IMG/VR virus record: IMGVR_UViG_3300013102_000030
Coordinates: 96,001 to 160,000 of that record
Strand: one strand, 5' to 3'
Length of the DNA stretch: 64,000 nucleotides
DNA from: a virus
The notes under the pieces: model-generated
What the model saw: the letters and a program-made list of their open reading frames with translations, nothing else
Database searches by the model: none
Told to the model about the DNA's origin: nothing
Translations under genes and position numbers: made by a program
Shown: positions 27,284 to 37,708 of the stretch, one piece after another
How positions within the stretch are numbered: the first letter of the stretch is position 1
Layout: each line of letters starts with the position of its first letter

Positions 27284-28666
27284 ATGAAGGGACTTGAACG
27301 CCTCAAGGGCACTCTGAAGGAGGATGGTGAATCCCGCAAGGAAGCCACATTCCTCTCACGGGATGTGCTTGAACTCGCTATGCTTGCAGCAACCGCAAGC
27401 AAGAACCCCAAGCTCGCCAAGGCGGTCACCATTGGCTCTGCTGCCATTACGGTAGGCACTCTCGCCAAGGATATCTGGAAGTTCTACAGGAAGTCCACAG
27501 CGGACGAAACCTACACCATCAAGATCATGGAAGATGACGGGATCTTTGAGGTTGTAGAAGACTGGTTCATGGAAGCTCTCCCTGAAGAGAAGCAGCGCTC
27601 CGTGTACGCACACTCAACTGTGCAGCGCCATGATCCTCATAGCCGTATGGCTGCTAGACTGGCGGCAGAGGAGGACCCTGAGAAGAAGGACAAGGTCAAG
27701 ATCAACTACTCCTTTGACGGGACAATCGTACAGCAGCTTGACATTGCAGGACAGAAGGTCTCCATCTGGATCTCAGTTCCCGAGCAGTCGGCCAAGAGTA
27801 CCGGCAGTGGAAAGAGCCTGCTCCAGCGCTCCATCAACATCATCTGCCCCACGGTGGAAGCCAAGAGGGCTATTCAGGAAGAACTGGACAAGCAGTCCCA
27901 GTTCCTTTCCAAGTCCCAGCCGCGCATGTTTGTCTCCAGCAAGTGGGGCAACTTCAACAAGCGCTCCCACATCCAGACGCGCTCCGTGGAATCGGTCATC
28001 CTCAAGGAAGGACAGATGGAGCGTATCCTTGGTTACCTGAACAGCTTCCTTGAAAACAAGGATGCCTATCTGAAGGCTGACCTTCCCTACCGCACGGGCA
28101 TCCTGCTCTACGGTGAACCGGGAAGTGGCAAGTCGTCAACCGCGCTGGCAATCGCCAACGAACTGCGGATGAACGTCTTCATCATCTCCCTGACCTCACT
28201 GGACAGCGACGATGCTCTGAATGAGTGCTTCTCATCCATCCCTCCGAACTCGATCATCATCCTTGAGGATATCGATATCGCTCACTCGGTCAAGGACCGT
28301 GATGAGGATGACGGTGTCACCATGACCGGCATGCTGAACGTGCTGGACGGCTTCCAGTCCCCTCCGGGAGTCATCACCATCATGACCACCAACCGCCTTG
28401 ACGTACTGGATGAGGCAATCATCCGTCCGGGCCGCGTGGATCTTCAGGAGGAACTGAACTGTCTGGATACCCACCAGCTTTCCCGAATGTGTGAGTACTT
28501 CACCGGATCGGTTCCCGAGAACCTTCCGGAGATCACCCCTGCCGATGGTATCACGTCGGCTGAGATTGTGGGTGTTGTGCGGAAGCATCTTCCCAACTTT
28601 GAGAACGCTGGTGAGGACATTGTAACTTTTGTAAGTGACAAGCTCTTGACACCAGCCGCAGCATAG
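27284..28666 (+). CDS. BCS1-like AAA+ ATPase
   Basis: YR.GILLYG.PGSGKSS, LEDID, G.LN.LDG, MTTN, RPGRVD; N-terminal hydrophobic segment. Confidence 0.85.
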   Translation: MKGLERLKGTLKEDGESRKEATFLSRDVLELAMLAATASKNPKLAKAVTIGSAAITVGTLAKDIWKFYRKSTADETYTIKIMEDDGIFEVVEDWFMEALPEEKQRSVYAHSTVQRHDPHSRMAARLAAEEDPEKKDKVKINYSFDGTIVQQLDIAGQKVSIWISVPEQSAKSTGSGKSLLQRSINIICPTVEAKRAIQEELDKQSQFLSKSQPRMFVSSKWGNFNKRSHIQTRSVESVILKEGQMERILGYLNSFLENKDAYLKADLPYRTGILLYGEPGSGKSSTALAIANELRMNVFIISLTSLDSDDALNECFSSIPPNSIIILEDIDIAHSVKDRDEDDGVTMTGMLNVLDGFQSPPGVITIMTTNRLDVLDEAIIRPGRVDLQEELNCLDTHQLSRMCEYFTGSVPENLPEITPADGITSAEIVGVVRKHLPNFENAGEDIVTFVSDKLLTPAAA

Positions 28667-28739
28667 AGTAGGCTACCGCTTTACATAAAAGCTGTCATAG
28701 TGTAGAATGGAAGACATAAGTTTCTATCGAAGGACACTA

Positions 28740-29024
28740 ATGTCTTCTACTGCTGACGCAACCCCCACATATAACTGGCTGGTCCACTACCAGTTTTCCT
28801 TCCCCAAGTCAGACCTCCGTCCAGAGGATCAGCGCTGGGGTACGGGCACCATTCCCATCCAAACGGATAAGGTTCCTGAAACTAAGGAAGAGTTCAAAGA
28901 AATTGCCAGAACCATCGGCAAAGAAGGTGGCTACGAGCGCGTAGCAATCACCAAGCTAGATGTAACCGATCACTTCGTTGAAGATAAGGCAGAGATCCTA
29001 GAAGGACTCATTGTCAATGACTAA
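28740..29024 (+). CDS. Hypothetical protein
   Basis: AAGGA RBS. Confidence 0.7.
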   Translation: MSSTADATPTYNWLVHYQFSFPKSDLRPEDQRWGTGTIPIQTDKVPETKEEFKEIARTIGKEGGYERVAITKLDVTDHFVEDKAEILEGLIVND

Positions 29025-29445
29025 CGAAAATTGGATCAAAGACGCGCCTTGTGCCCGACCTGTAAAGACGGATGACTCTGAAGAGCCTCGTATGATCGAG
29101 TTCTACAGTAGTGACCCGGAAGAGCAGAATCGGGCCAAGGCCGTCTGTGTTACATGCCCCTTCCGTCGTGAATGCCTTCAGTACGCGTACGATGGCAAAG
29201 AACGTTTCGGAGTCTGGGGAGGCGTAGGAGGGGAAGAGCTACGCAAGAATCAGGCCATCAATGCTCTTGGAGAAGCACACGTCTCCAAGCTGGGAAAGAT
29301 CCGCTGTGCTTTCTGCGGTCCTCGTACTACGGACCAGCTAGAGGTAGTGGAGCGAAAGCGTACCCGAACGCACGTCATGTGCTCAGAGTGCGGCCTTTCG
29401 TGGACCGTCCGCAAGGCGATCAATAAGAAGGAAACCAACTGGTAG
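29017..29445 (+). CDS. whiB: WhiB-family transcription factor with C-terminal zinc ribbon
   Basis: C...AKAVC..CP...EC, GVWGG; then C..CG...C..CG..W. Confidence 0.9.
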   Translation: MTNENWIKDAPCARPVKTDDSEEPRMIEFYSSDPEEQNRAKAVCVTCPFRRECLQYAYDGKERFGVWGGVGGEELRKNQAINALGEAHVSKLGKIRCAFCGPRTTDQLEVVERKRTRTHVMCSECGLSWTVRKAINKKETNW

Positions 29446-29508
29446 ATTGACACTGACGCGTCCTACCAGTACAATGTACACGCAAATTACAAGATAAAAA
29501 GGTAGGAC

Positions 29509-31605
29509 ATGGCTACTCAGTGGTCTGATATTTTCGCGCCCGTAATGGGACAAGGCCGAGAGATCCGTCAAGGGCAAGCTATGCTTGGTCAGGCGATCAT
29601 CGACGCAATAGAGAACAAGACGAGCCTTCTGGCTCAAGCATCAACAGGTACCGGTAAATCCTTCGCCACTCTCATCCCGATCATCGATGCCATTCAAAAG
29701 GCACATGCCAAGGGACAAATCTACCGTGGAATTGTATCCACTGAGACGCTGACCCTTCAGGATCAGTTGGTGAAGAAGGATCTTCCATTCCTTTCAACAC
29801 TATACAAAGACTTTAGCTTCCGCAAGCTTATGGGCCGTACCAATTACCTGTGCCTTGAGGTTGCCGACAACGCCTCTGTTGGTGACATCGTCATGAACAA
29901 GATGGTCGAAAAGCTGAAGATGCGTGCCTCCAATCTTGGGAACGGAGAGCGTGCAGACGTAGAGCGGGTTTTGGGCCGCGAGATCACCAACGACCAGTGG
30001 TCCAAGATCGCTTCCTCCTCCACCTTCTGCCCGGACAACCAGTGCAGCGGTAAGGTGTGCTTCTCCACCAAGGCACGAGCAGAAGCAATGAGTGCTGACC
30101 TTGTCGTCGTCAACCATGCCATCCTTGCTACCGACCTTGAGATGAAGGCCGGAGACCCGCTGGCAGATGGTATGCTGGGAATCTTCAACGTCCTTGCAGT
30201 CGATGAGGGGCACCAACTGGAGCCTGTCCTTGTGTCCCAGTGGACCAAGGAACTGACGGAGCGCGAGCTTGAAACCATGGCCGGTTCCGTCACTGATGGC
30301 GTTGAGACTGCCAAGTCAGCGGTATCCAACGCACAGATCTCCTACACTGCCAACACCGCCATGGACGCTGTCCGTGATACACTCGCCAACATCAAGAAGT
30401 TCTTCTTCCTGCTGGATGAAGCACAGGGTGGAGAATGGCAGGACTCCTCCACAGCACTCTCCCTGAAGTACCCTGTAGGCATGCCTTCCGGTCCTGTCGC
30501 GTTCGCCATGAATGAGTTTGAGACCGAGAACCCTGTCCGCCTTGCTCAGGCTGAGAAGCAGCTTGAAGAGGTCATCAAGTACCTTGAGCCTGCCCTTCAG
30601 ACGGCACGCGAGAACAAGATCAAGGGTGTCCGCAAGATCAGCAAGGGCCTCCGTGCCTCCAAAGACCTGCTGGACACGGTCAGGATCATGTCTAAGGCTC
30701 TGGAAACTGACGATGGGATCATTTCCCAGTACGGCACATACGGTGCGTTGGTGGATGGCTGGGTCCGTAAGAAGGACGGCACTCCGGGAATGACGATCCG
30801 TCTGGTTCCGCTGGATGTCTCCGCACGTGCCAAGGCTCTGTGGGGCAAGGAGGGTGGACAAACCAACATTCTGCTCTCTGCCACCCTGACTGACCTGACG
30901 GACGGCTCCTTCCGGTACGCCCGTGAGTGTGTCGCCTTCCCGCCATCGGCTGAGATCAACGTGGACACTCCATTCTCGCTCCAGACGCAGCAGCTTGTCT
31001 ACATCACTCCTGCCACCGGTACTCAGGTGGAAGGTGCGCGGTACGACTTCCAAGAGCTTCTTCAACTGATCAATGCTTCCCGTGGCAGTGCTCTCGTGCT
31101 CTTTACATCCCGTAAGGAACTGGACTATGCTGCTGAACAGATCCTTCGCCTGAAGGCGCTGGGACACTTCCCGTATGAGGTCTTCGTACAGGAGAAGGAT
31201 TCCAACAAGGATAAGCTGATGAAGGGCTTCAAGGCCGATACGCACTCCGTGCTGCTGGCAACCAAGTCCTTCTTCGTCGGCATTGACGTTCCGGGTGAGT
31301 CCCTGTCCCTCGTGGTCATGGTCAAGTTCCCGCTGCCGCGCTTCTCTGCGGAGTGCCGCCAGCAGATTACCCACTGGAAGTCAAGAGGCTTCCACCGCTG
31401 GTATGAGCGTGAGGCTCTGACCATCTTCCAGCAGGCATCCGGCAGGCTCATCCGCTCCTCAGGTTGTAAAGGAGTCGTTGCCCTGCTAGACTTTAGAGCC
31501 ATGGACACCACTTCCAACGTCTACAAGACAATGAAGCTGGGTGTTGACAGTCTCGGATCTCCGGTCACTCAGAACATTGGAGCCGTCCAGCAATTTGTAG
31601 CGTAA
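29509..31605 (+). CDS. DinG-family helicase
   Basis: R.GQ, A.TGTGKS, GR.NYLC, DEGH, LSATL, LFTS, GID.PG, QQ..GRLIR. Confidence 0.92.
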   Translation: MATQWSDIFAPVMGQGREIRQGQAMLGQAIIDAIENKTSLLAQASTGTGKSFATLIPIIDAIQKAHAKGQIYRGIVSTETLTLQDQLVKKDLPFLSTLYKDFSFRKLMGRTNYLCLEVADNASVGDIVMNKMVEKLKMRASNLGNGERADVERVLGREITNDQWSKIASSSTFCPDNQCSGKVCFSTKARAEAMSADLVVVNHAILATDLEMKAGDPLADGMLGIFNVLAVDEGHQLEPVLVSQWTKELTERELETMAGSVTDGVETAKSAVSNAQISYTANTAMDAVRDTLANIKKFFFLLDEAQGGEWQDSSTALSLKYPVGMPSGPVAFAMNEFETENPVRLAQAEKQLEEVIKYLEPALQTARENKIKGVRKISKGLRASKDLLDTVRIMSKALETDDGIISQYGTYGALVDGWVRKKDGTPGMTIRLVPLDVSARAKALWGKEGGQTNILLSATLTDLTDGSFRYARECVAFPPSAEINVDTPFSLQTQQLVYITPATGTQVEGARYDFQELLQLINASRGSALVLFTSRKELDYAAEQILRLKALGHFPYEVFVQEKDSNKDKLMKGFKADTHSVLLATKSFFVGIDVPGESLSLVVMVKFPLPRFSAECRQQITHWKSRGFHRWYEREALTIFQQASGRLIRSSGCKGVVALLDFRAMDTTSNVYKTMKLGVDSLGSPVTQNIGAVQQFVA

Positions 31606-31619
31606 AGGAAAAAGTCTAA

Positions 31620-32903
31620 GTGCGAGTACAACTCTCCGATGTTCACGGAGATATCAAGATCGATGCCTCACAGGCGGTGAGCTTCCTCAAGGCATGGTTC
31701 AATCCGGATGACGTGATCTCCCTCGTGGGACGGGCATCCGAAAAGAAGGGCAAGCTGGATACCCTCTCCCAGTTCGTACCCGTCAAGGATCTTTACTCCC
31801 TCACGAATGAGGATCTGGACTCACTGGTTTTCTCTGACGGTGAGAAGTGGAACCTCTATTTCGGTGCTGCTCCCGTCAAGGAAGCTGTCTCCCTGTTCCG
31901 TCGTGGAACTGAGGACAACATAGCACGGTTGGTAGGGGTTTGGGCTGATATCGATGTGAAGGAGGGCGGGTTCAATTCTCAGGATGAGATCCTGCTCTTC
32001 CTTCAGACCCTTGCGCTCCAGCCTACCATTGTGGTAGCATCAGGTTCTGGAGGCATTCACGCCTACTGGAAGCTGGATGAGAAGTCATCCGCAGCAGGCA
32101 AGACCCGTGAGACCTACAAGGAACTCACTCTTCGCTGGTGGGCCTACATCGATGACGCAGCAGGAGAATCCCGCAAGATCGACCGTCTCTATGACCTGAC
32201 CCGAATCTTCCGGCTTCCCGGAAGTGCGTACTTCCCTCGTGAAGGTTCCGGAGGAAAGGCAGGCAGTGTCCGTCTTCTCTCTGTGAACTCCAACGTCTAC
32301 TCCGCTGAGCAGATCCTGTCAATCTCACAGGCTGCTCACGTGAAGAAGGAAGAGGAACGCAAGCGCGTTGCCATGGAAGACAAGCAGCTTCGTGAGCGGA
32401 CCATCGGTGAAGCCATGCGGCAGGTCAAGCTGGGCCACGGCTATAAGTTTGAGGAGTATCAGAACTGGTCCGATGTCATGGCGTATGCTGAGATTGAGGA
32501 CTACGTCAACACCAGCTATACGTGGGACTTCCTGAGGGATTACGGCTGGACATTCCTGCGGACTCTGCGGGACGGCTCCGATGAGTGGGCGCGTCCGGGA
32601 CGAAACGAACGCTCTGCGGTGGTCAACTACCGTGAAGATGACAGGGGACCGGCATCACCGGTCATGAGCCTGCTGTCCATGTCCGATGAAACCGGACTGC
32701 TGGATCTGTTCGATGCCAACGTACCTTTGACCAAGTTCAGAGTCATGCTACGCTACAAATATCAGGACAATGGGCTTGCCATGGTCGATGACATGCGGGA
32801 TGAAGTTGTGTCCTTCATGAAGGCCAAGGAAGTAGCCCTCAAGCAGGAACAGGTCTACGCGCAGTACGCGCTCAATCTCACCAATCAATTCAGGAAGGCA
32901 TAA
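31620..32903 (+). CDS. RepB-like/AEP DNA primase
   Basis: WADID, SGSGG.H.YW, R.FRLPGS, W.RPG. Confidence 0.75.
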   Translation: MRVQLSDVHGDIKIDASQAVSFLKAWFNPDDVISLVGRASEKKGKLDTLSQFVPVKDLYSLTNEDLDSLVFSDGEKWNLYFGAAPVKEAVSLFRRGTEDNIARLVGVWADIDVKEGGFNSQDEILLFLQTLALQPTIVVASGSGGIHAYWKLDEKSSAAGKTRETYKELTLRWWAYIDDAAGESRKIDRLYDLTRIFRLPGSAYFPREGSGGKAGSVRLLSVNSNVYSAEQILSISQAAHVKKEEERKRVAMEDKQLRERTIGEAMRQVKLGHGYKFEEYQNWSDVMAYAEIEDYVNTSYTWDFLRDYGWTFLRTLRDGSDEWARPGRNERSAVVNYREDDRGPASPVMSLLSMSDETGLLDLFDANVPLTKFRVMLRYKYQDNGLAMVDDMRDEVVSFMKAKEVALKQEQVYAQYALNLTNQFRKA

Positions 32904-32905
32904 CC

Positions 32906-33043
32906 ATCTCTTACATCTACGACAAAATGCTCTACGTCTACTGCTACATTGAGGTCTTCGTGTGGCAGCAGGTTGAACGGGTCCGGGACTTCCGTGCGAA
33001 CGTCCAGTGGATCAAGAAGAACGGAGTCTACAGGGGGGAATGA
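32906..33043 (+). CDS. Small hypothetical protein, probable ATC start
   Basis: AGGAAGG RBS 7 nt before ATC; stop overlaps the next ATG (ATGA). Confidence 0.55.
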   Translation: MSYIYDKMLYVYCYIEVFVWQQVERVRDFRANVQWIKKNGVYRGE

Positions 33044-33657
33044 AGCTCTTTGACAAGCTCTCCCGCCTCAAACCGGAGAGCGATACGGTAGAGGTCTTTG
33101 AAGCAACTTATGACCAGCTTCGGCAAGACATCAGTGGCTTCCTGAACCAACGTGAGATCCGTGGATACCTGCGGGGAAGTGGAAGGGATGAGGACACAAC
33201 AGAATTCGAAGACCTGCTTATCGGTGCCGACGTTCTGTTCTGCTCCCTGAAGGCTGTCCTTGAGTCCATGAATGAGGCTCAGGAGATCATCAACAACTGG
33301 GATGAGGAAGACACAGAAGAGTCTCCTGAGTACGCTCAAGCGTTGGGAGAAGTCATGATGACCAAGCGACTCTTCCTCAAGCTTGTCCGTGATTACGAGC
33401 GGCTGGAGGATGCCCGAGCATACAGCATGCGGGACGCGCTGGAGAGGAGCCGTCCGGGTGCCTATGGGTACAACGGGGGCGCATCTAGGGTAGACAAGCA
33501 GACTGTCCGAGTATCCTTCTCCAGTGTCCAGTCCTATCGACGTGATGGAGACAGGCGGGATATCCCTCATCCGCGCCAGTTCAAGGGGTACTCGTACACT
33601 ACAAACAGGCCATCCTTCAGTACAACCACCCTTCCTAAAGACTGGAAGATCTTCTAA
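33040..33657 (+). CDS. Hypothetical protein (acidic helical N-terminus, basic tail)
   Basis: ORF; ATGA overlap. Confidence 0.7.
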   Translation: MKLFDKLSRLKPESDTVEVFEATYDQLRQDISGFLNQREIRGYLRGSGRDEDTTEFEDLLIGADVLFCSLKAVLESMNEAQEIINNWDEEDTEESPEYAQALGEVMMTKRLFLKLVRDYERLEDARAYSMRDALERSRPGAYGYNGGASRVDKQTVRVSFSSVQSYRRDGDRRDIPHPRQFKGYSYTTNRPSFSTTTLPKDWKIF

Positions 33658-33663
33658 GCGTCT

Positions 33664-33691
33664 CCCCTCTCTGCTTGCAGGGAGGGGTTTG
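33664..33691 (+). terminator. Hairpin terminator
   Basis: CCCCTCTCTGC/GCAGGGAGGGG followed by TTT. Confidence 0.6.
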
Positions 33692-33721
33692 ACGTTTCAA
33701 GGTAAATGAAAGGCTAAAGAA

Positions 33722-34006
33722 ATCACTGTAACACGCGGTACAAGCAACTCAAACGAAAGGGGATCTGCTGAAGCCAGACGCATACGCAAGCAATGGCTGC
33801 TGGATGTCTTCGGCAACGGAACCATAGCGTTCTGCTGCTTCCATGGCTGCAAGGAAGCCCTCACCTTTGAGACTATCACAGTTGATCGAATCCAACCCGG
33901 ATGTGAGGGCGGCACCTATCGTCGCGGAAACATCCGTCCCATGTGCGGATTCCACAACTCATCCACAGGCTCCAAACTGGGCCATGAGAGAAAGAAAAAG
34001 AAATGA
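33722..34006 (+). CDS. Actinophage-type HNH endonuclease; ATC start; absent from the ORF track
   Basis: RGTSNSNERGS..RR.RKQWLL..FG.G...C...C...TVDRI.PG..GG.Y...NIRP.C..HN; in-frame TGA four codons upstream; GAAAGG RBS. Confidence 0.8.
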   Translation: MTVTRGTSNSNERGSAEARRIRKQWLLDVFGNGTIAFCCFHGCKEALTFETITVDRIQPGCEGGTYRRGNIRPMCGFHNSSTGSKLGHERKKKK

Positions 34007-34395
34007 CGAAACACTACAATGAACTCAACATCACCTACAAGCATGGTGATGGACGAACGTTCCGCCTTGAACGTGGAAAGGCCACCATCGATCTCGGATA
34101 TGAATCGCATGGGATGTTCGTAATGAAGCTCAAGTATGACTGGGGAGCATACTGCTACAACTCCATCCTTCTTGATGACAAGGATGAGTTTGACATCCCC
34201 GAAGATAAGAAGTATATGGGAGACCTCATCAAGGCGGTCCTCAAGGTGTTCGGAACGGACTACCTCTCTACCATCAAGGATCTTGAGACGTACATCATCT
34301 TCAACGACAAGAGAGATCCTGTTGGTTTTGTCAACATCAAGGACAGTCAGAACTACATCATCTTTGACGACTTCTTCAAACTGTATACCAAGTAG
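34003..34395 (+). CDS. Hypothetical protein
   Basis: ORF, ATGA overlap. Confidence 0.7.
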   Translation: MTKHYNELNITYKHGDGRTFRLERGKATIDLGYESHGMFVMKLKYDWGAYCYNSILLDDKDEFDIPEDKKYMGDLIKAVLKVFGTDYLSTIKDLETYIIFNDKRDPVGFVNIKDSQNYIIFDDFFKLYTK

Positions 34396-34468
34396 ACCCA
34401 AAAAGGAAAGTATGGTATCATTGATTGTCCCCAAGGACAAGGCAATATCAAAGAAATTTTAGGAACCA

Positions 34469-34807
34469 ATGATCGACAAGACAAAAACACGAGCAGACTA
34501 CGCCCCCAATGAGAAGAAAGTATGGCGCGGTGAATCTGCACAGCAGGTCTTCCTCCCTGAAGAGATGGAGAAGGAAGTCACTGAGGACGGGAAGCAGAAG
34601 TTCCCACCCGGAATCTACTTCCTCGCCATCGAAGAACTACAAGGCGCATGGATTGACGGTGAGTGGGAAGAAGCTGGCTTTGATGCTGACGGCAACGAAA
34701 TCCCCCGTTCCCGCAGGTACGTCCTGAAGCGCTTCACCGAAACTGGCTTTGCCGAGAACGCGTTCTCTGCTGGCTATGCTGGACCTCGCAAGTACCAGAA
34801 AAACTAA
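34469..34807 (+). CDS. Hypothetical protein
   Basis: AGGA RBS. Confidence 0.7.
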   Translation: MIDKTKTRADYAPNEKKVWRGESAQQVFLPEEMEKEVTEDGKQKFPPGIYFLAIEELQGAWIDGEWEEAGFDADGNEIPRSRRYVLKRFTETGFAENAFSAGYAGPRKYQKN

Positions 34808-34855
34808 TTGACGCAGTGACAAGGAAAATATGAATCTAAACACAAAAGGCACAAC

Positions 34856-36514
34856 ATGGGAGAAACCGAAACACTTCAAAACCTCTTCGTCACGCTCAAG
34901 CTTGACAAGTGGGGAGAAGAGCTTGTAGGTCAGAAATTTGACTACAGCAACTTTGACATCACACTGGCAGAGAACACCCTTCCGCGTACCGAACTGAAGG
35001 CTGCTAAGGCTATTCGGGACAAGTTTGAGAGTGTCCTCTCCTACACAGAAGCACGTAACCAGTGGTATCTGTGGGATGGCCGTATCCACACTCCCTGTGA
35101 GGGTGATGGTATTGCCATCAAGGTAGCAAAGTACTACTATAAAGCTATGGCGGATGCCCTTGAGTTCATCAAGGGTTACTACGATGTACTGGCCCGTCAG
35201 GCAGCTTCCTCCGGTAGTGCCACGGCAGCAGACGATGCCAAGAAGATCCGCGCCCTGTACGACAAGGGAGAGATCGCCAAGCACAAGAACTTCCGTGATA
35301 GGATGGCAAGCGATTCAGGAATGAACGCGCTCATCCGTGTCATGAAGACCGAGTGTGACGTGCCTTCCGACTACTACGACAACGATCAGCGCTGGTTCGT
35401 CATGCGTGACTTCGTGTTGGATCTTGACGCTCTCCGTAACGGTGAGTGGAAGATGGTTCCGCATGATGCAGCACGGCCTGTCACCAAGTACTTTGATGCC
35501 AACTACGACGGCAAGAAGAACCTTGGCTACTGGGATGAGTTTCTGGAACGGTCCATTCCCTCAAAGGAAGCACGTGACTACCTCCAGAAGGTCACAGGAG
35601 CCGCGTTCATGGGTGAGTCGAAGCTTCGTACCATCCTGAACCTGCACGGCCCTCCGGGGTCCGGTAAATCCGTCTTCATCAACACCTTCTTCAAGCTCGG
35701 GAAGTCCGGAGCAGGATACACCTGTATGCCTGACTCCAAGTCCATCATCAAGGTCTCGGGACAGAACTTTGAGCAGGACTCCTTCAAGGGCAGGCGCTTC
35801 ATTGGTGTGTCCGAACCTCCCATGGGAGACTCAGTTGACAATGAGTTCCTGAAGAAGTTCACTGGTGATGAGTGGGTTGAAACCCGTACCCTGAACGTGA
35901 AGAGCGCTGGATGGGTTCCTCAAGGTGTACTCTTCGTGGCCTCCAACAAGCCACTGAAGATCAACACCCGTGACAAAGCCATCGTTGAGCGCGTGCAGAT
36001 GATTGAGTTTCCTATCGAGTTCGAAAAGGATCACCCTGATCCCGCCCGTCGTCGTATCAAGGGACTTGAGGATCTGATCATGGAAGACCGTGAGCGTGTG
36101 CTTGCATGGGTAATCCGTGGTATGCTGGATTTCGTCAAGGAGGGAAGGCAACTGAATCCTCCGGCTGAAGTAATCCAGCTTCAGGCGAGTGTTGTCACAG
36201 AAGCTTCCACGGCCCTTCGCTGGGTTGAAGACTTCATTGAAGACGGCCTGATTGTTGTGGATTTCGATGCACAGCCTCAGTACTTCATCCCCATCAACGA
36301 TGCTTACGCACGTTACCAACTGTGGATCACCATGAACGGTGAACACAAACCTCTTCCGAAGAGGTACTTCCAACAGGATATTGAGAACAAGTATGGCCTG
36401 AAGGTCCGTGAAGGCGGACAGGCAAGGTTCCTAGGTCTCACAGTCACAGCGGAATACAGGAGAGTGCACGGAGCACACGGGGTTGCGGCCCTTGCGAGCG
36501 CCGGAGCTTTCTAA
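34856..36514 (+). CDS. D5/P4-type SF3 helicase (primase C-terminal type)
   Basis: W..WDG, GPPGSGKS, K.FTG, ASN, R...I.F. Confidence 0.88.
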   Translation: MGETETLQNLFVTLKLDKWGEELVGQKFDYSNFDITLAENTLPRTELKAAKAIRDKFESVLSYTEARNQWYLWDGRIHTPCEGDGIAIKVAKYYYKAMADALEFIKGYYDVLARQAASSGSATAADDAKKIRALYDKGEIAKHKNFRDRMASDSGMNALIRVMKTECDVPSDYYDNDQRWFVMRDFVLDLDALRNGEWKMVPHDAARPVTKYFDANYDGKKNLGYWDEFLERSIPSKEARDYLQKVTGAAFMGESKLRTILNLHGPPGSGKSVFINTFFKLGKSGAGYTCMPDSKSIIKVSGQNFEQDSFKGRRFIGVSEPPMGDSVDNEFLKKFTGDEWVETRTLNVKSAGWVPQGVLFVASNKPLKINTRDKAIVERVQMIEFPIEFEKDHPDPARRRIKGLEDLIMEDRERVLAWVIRGMLDFVKEGRQLNPPAEVIQLQASVVTEASTALRWVEDFIEDGLIVVDFDAQPQYFIPINDAYARYQLWITMNGEHKPLPKRYFQQDIENKYGLKVREGGQARFLGLTVTAEYRRVHGAHGVAALASAGAF

Positions 36515-36583
36515 GGGAATGCCCTGCTGGTCAGGGCATTTCTTGTACTATCAATCTAAACCATGAAAGAGAGCTATACACAT

Positions 36584-36868
36584 ATGTCAGAACTGTCCGG
36601 TGAAAAGATCGAGCGACTTCTCTGGAAGGCAGGGTGCGAAGTTGAACACAACGACGGCTTGGAAGAGATCAGCCCGATCAAGGTGACTGTGGGGGACACC
36701 GTAGTTATCATCTCGGAAGCATGGTTCGAAGAGGGAGAGTGGTTCGTTGACACTGACACCCTCACGCTGGATAAGCTGGTAGAGGGTGAGAAGGTCGATG
36801 AGGACTTGGACTTCATTGACACGGAGGAAGACCTCGTGGAACACATCCTGAAGCTGGGAGGGGAATGA
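36584..36868 (+). CDS. Very acidic small protein
   Basis: D/E-rich sequence. Confidence 0.7.
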   Translation: MSELSGEKIERLLWKAGCEVEHNDGLEEISPIKVTVGDTVVIISEAWFEEGEWFVDTDTLTLDKLVEGEKVDEDLDFIDTEEDLVEHILKLGGE

Positions 36869-37032
36869 AAGGCTCAATCGTCCGTATAGCTCCCAAGTTT
36901 CCCATGCCCACCGGCTACGAGCGCAGGGGCAAGGTCATCGGAGAGAATGAGACCTCAGTCGTTGTCCAGATCGAAGACAAGCCTGTGTCCATCCTCGTCC
37001 GCAAGACCCACATTGCCGTGATGTCGGCATGA
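36865..37032 (+). CDS. Small SH3/KOW-like protein (55 aa, MKGSIVRI...)
   Basis: GGAGGGG RBS; ATGA overlaps at both ends. Confidence 0.65.
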   Translation: MKGSIVRIAPKFPMPTGYERRGKVIGENETSVVVQIEDKPVSILVRKTHIAVMSA

Positions 37033-37175
37033 CATTCAAAGAAAAGTTCCAAAACTGGGTAGACCGTACCTATTACACGTGGTACGCTTGTCGAAGAGGC
37101 AAGCACTACATGAAGTTCAGTGGCTGCGTCTACTGTGGAAGCACTGAGTACCGGGCAACAAATTACCGGGATTAG
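37029..37175 (+). CDS. Small Cys-containing protein (48 aa)
   Basis: C...H...C..CG; ATGA overlap. Confidence 0.6.
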   Translation: MTFKEKFQNWVDRTYYTWYACRRGKHYMKFSGCVYCGSTEYRATNYRD

Positions 37176-37178
37176 CGC

Positions 37179-37207
37179 TTGACAGGGTTCCAGAACTCCG
37201 ATAGTCT
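37179..37207 (+). promoter_or_regulatory. Early promoter
   Basis: TTGACA-N17-TAGTCT. Confidence 0.8.
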
Positions 37208-37252
37208 TTAGATATCAGAGCAACACCGACAACCAACTGGGAGGAAAATACA

Positions 37253-37654
37253 ATGGCAAAGACAGCAGTCAAGGCAAAGCCCACCACTATCGCGGAGGAG
37301 CTTGCAGCGGTTGAAGCGGAACGCACGCGTCCGTCGAAGCCGATCTCACCGTCCGCCTACAAACTGGTGGAAGAGATGCACGACATCAACGAATTCCTCG
37401 CTCCGTACATTGCACGGAAGGAGGAGATCAAGGCCAAGGTCGCCGCCGAGATGGACCGCAAGGGCGTTGATGTCCTGACCCGCAGGGGCGTGGAAGTCGT
37501 CTCCCGTGACGAATACGAGTCCACGTCCTCCGACATCAAGGGTCTGGAGAAGACCTTCCCGGAGATCGCTGCTCAGTTCATCAAGCACTCCAAGAAGTTC
37601 CGGTTCAACTGGAAGAAGCGGGTCACGTCGGCAGCACCCGTCATCCCCGAATAG
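37253..37654 (+). CDS. Hypothetical protein
   Basis: GGAGG RBS; biased codon use. Confidence 0.8.
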   Translation: MAKTAVKAKPTTIAEELAAVEAERTRPSKPISPSAYKLVEEMHDINEFLAPYIARKEEIKAKVAAEMDRKGVDVLTRRGVEVVSRDEYESTSSDIKGLEKTFPEIAAQFIKHSKKFRFNWKKRVTSAAPVIPE

Positions 37655-37708
37655 CTGGTACGGCGGTAGCTCTCGGGCTACCGCCCCAGCCTGACCAAGG
37701 AAAAGAAC

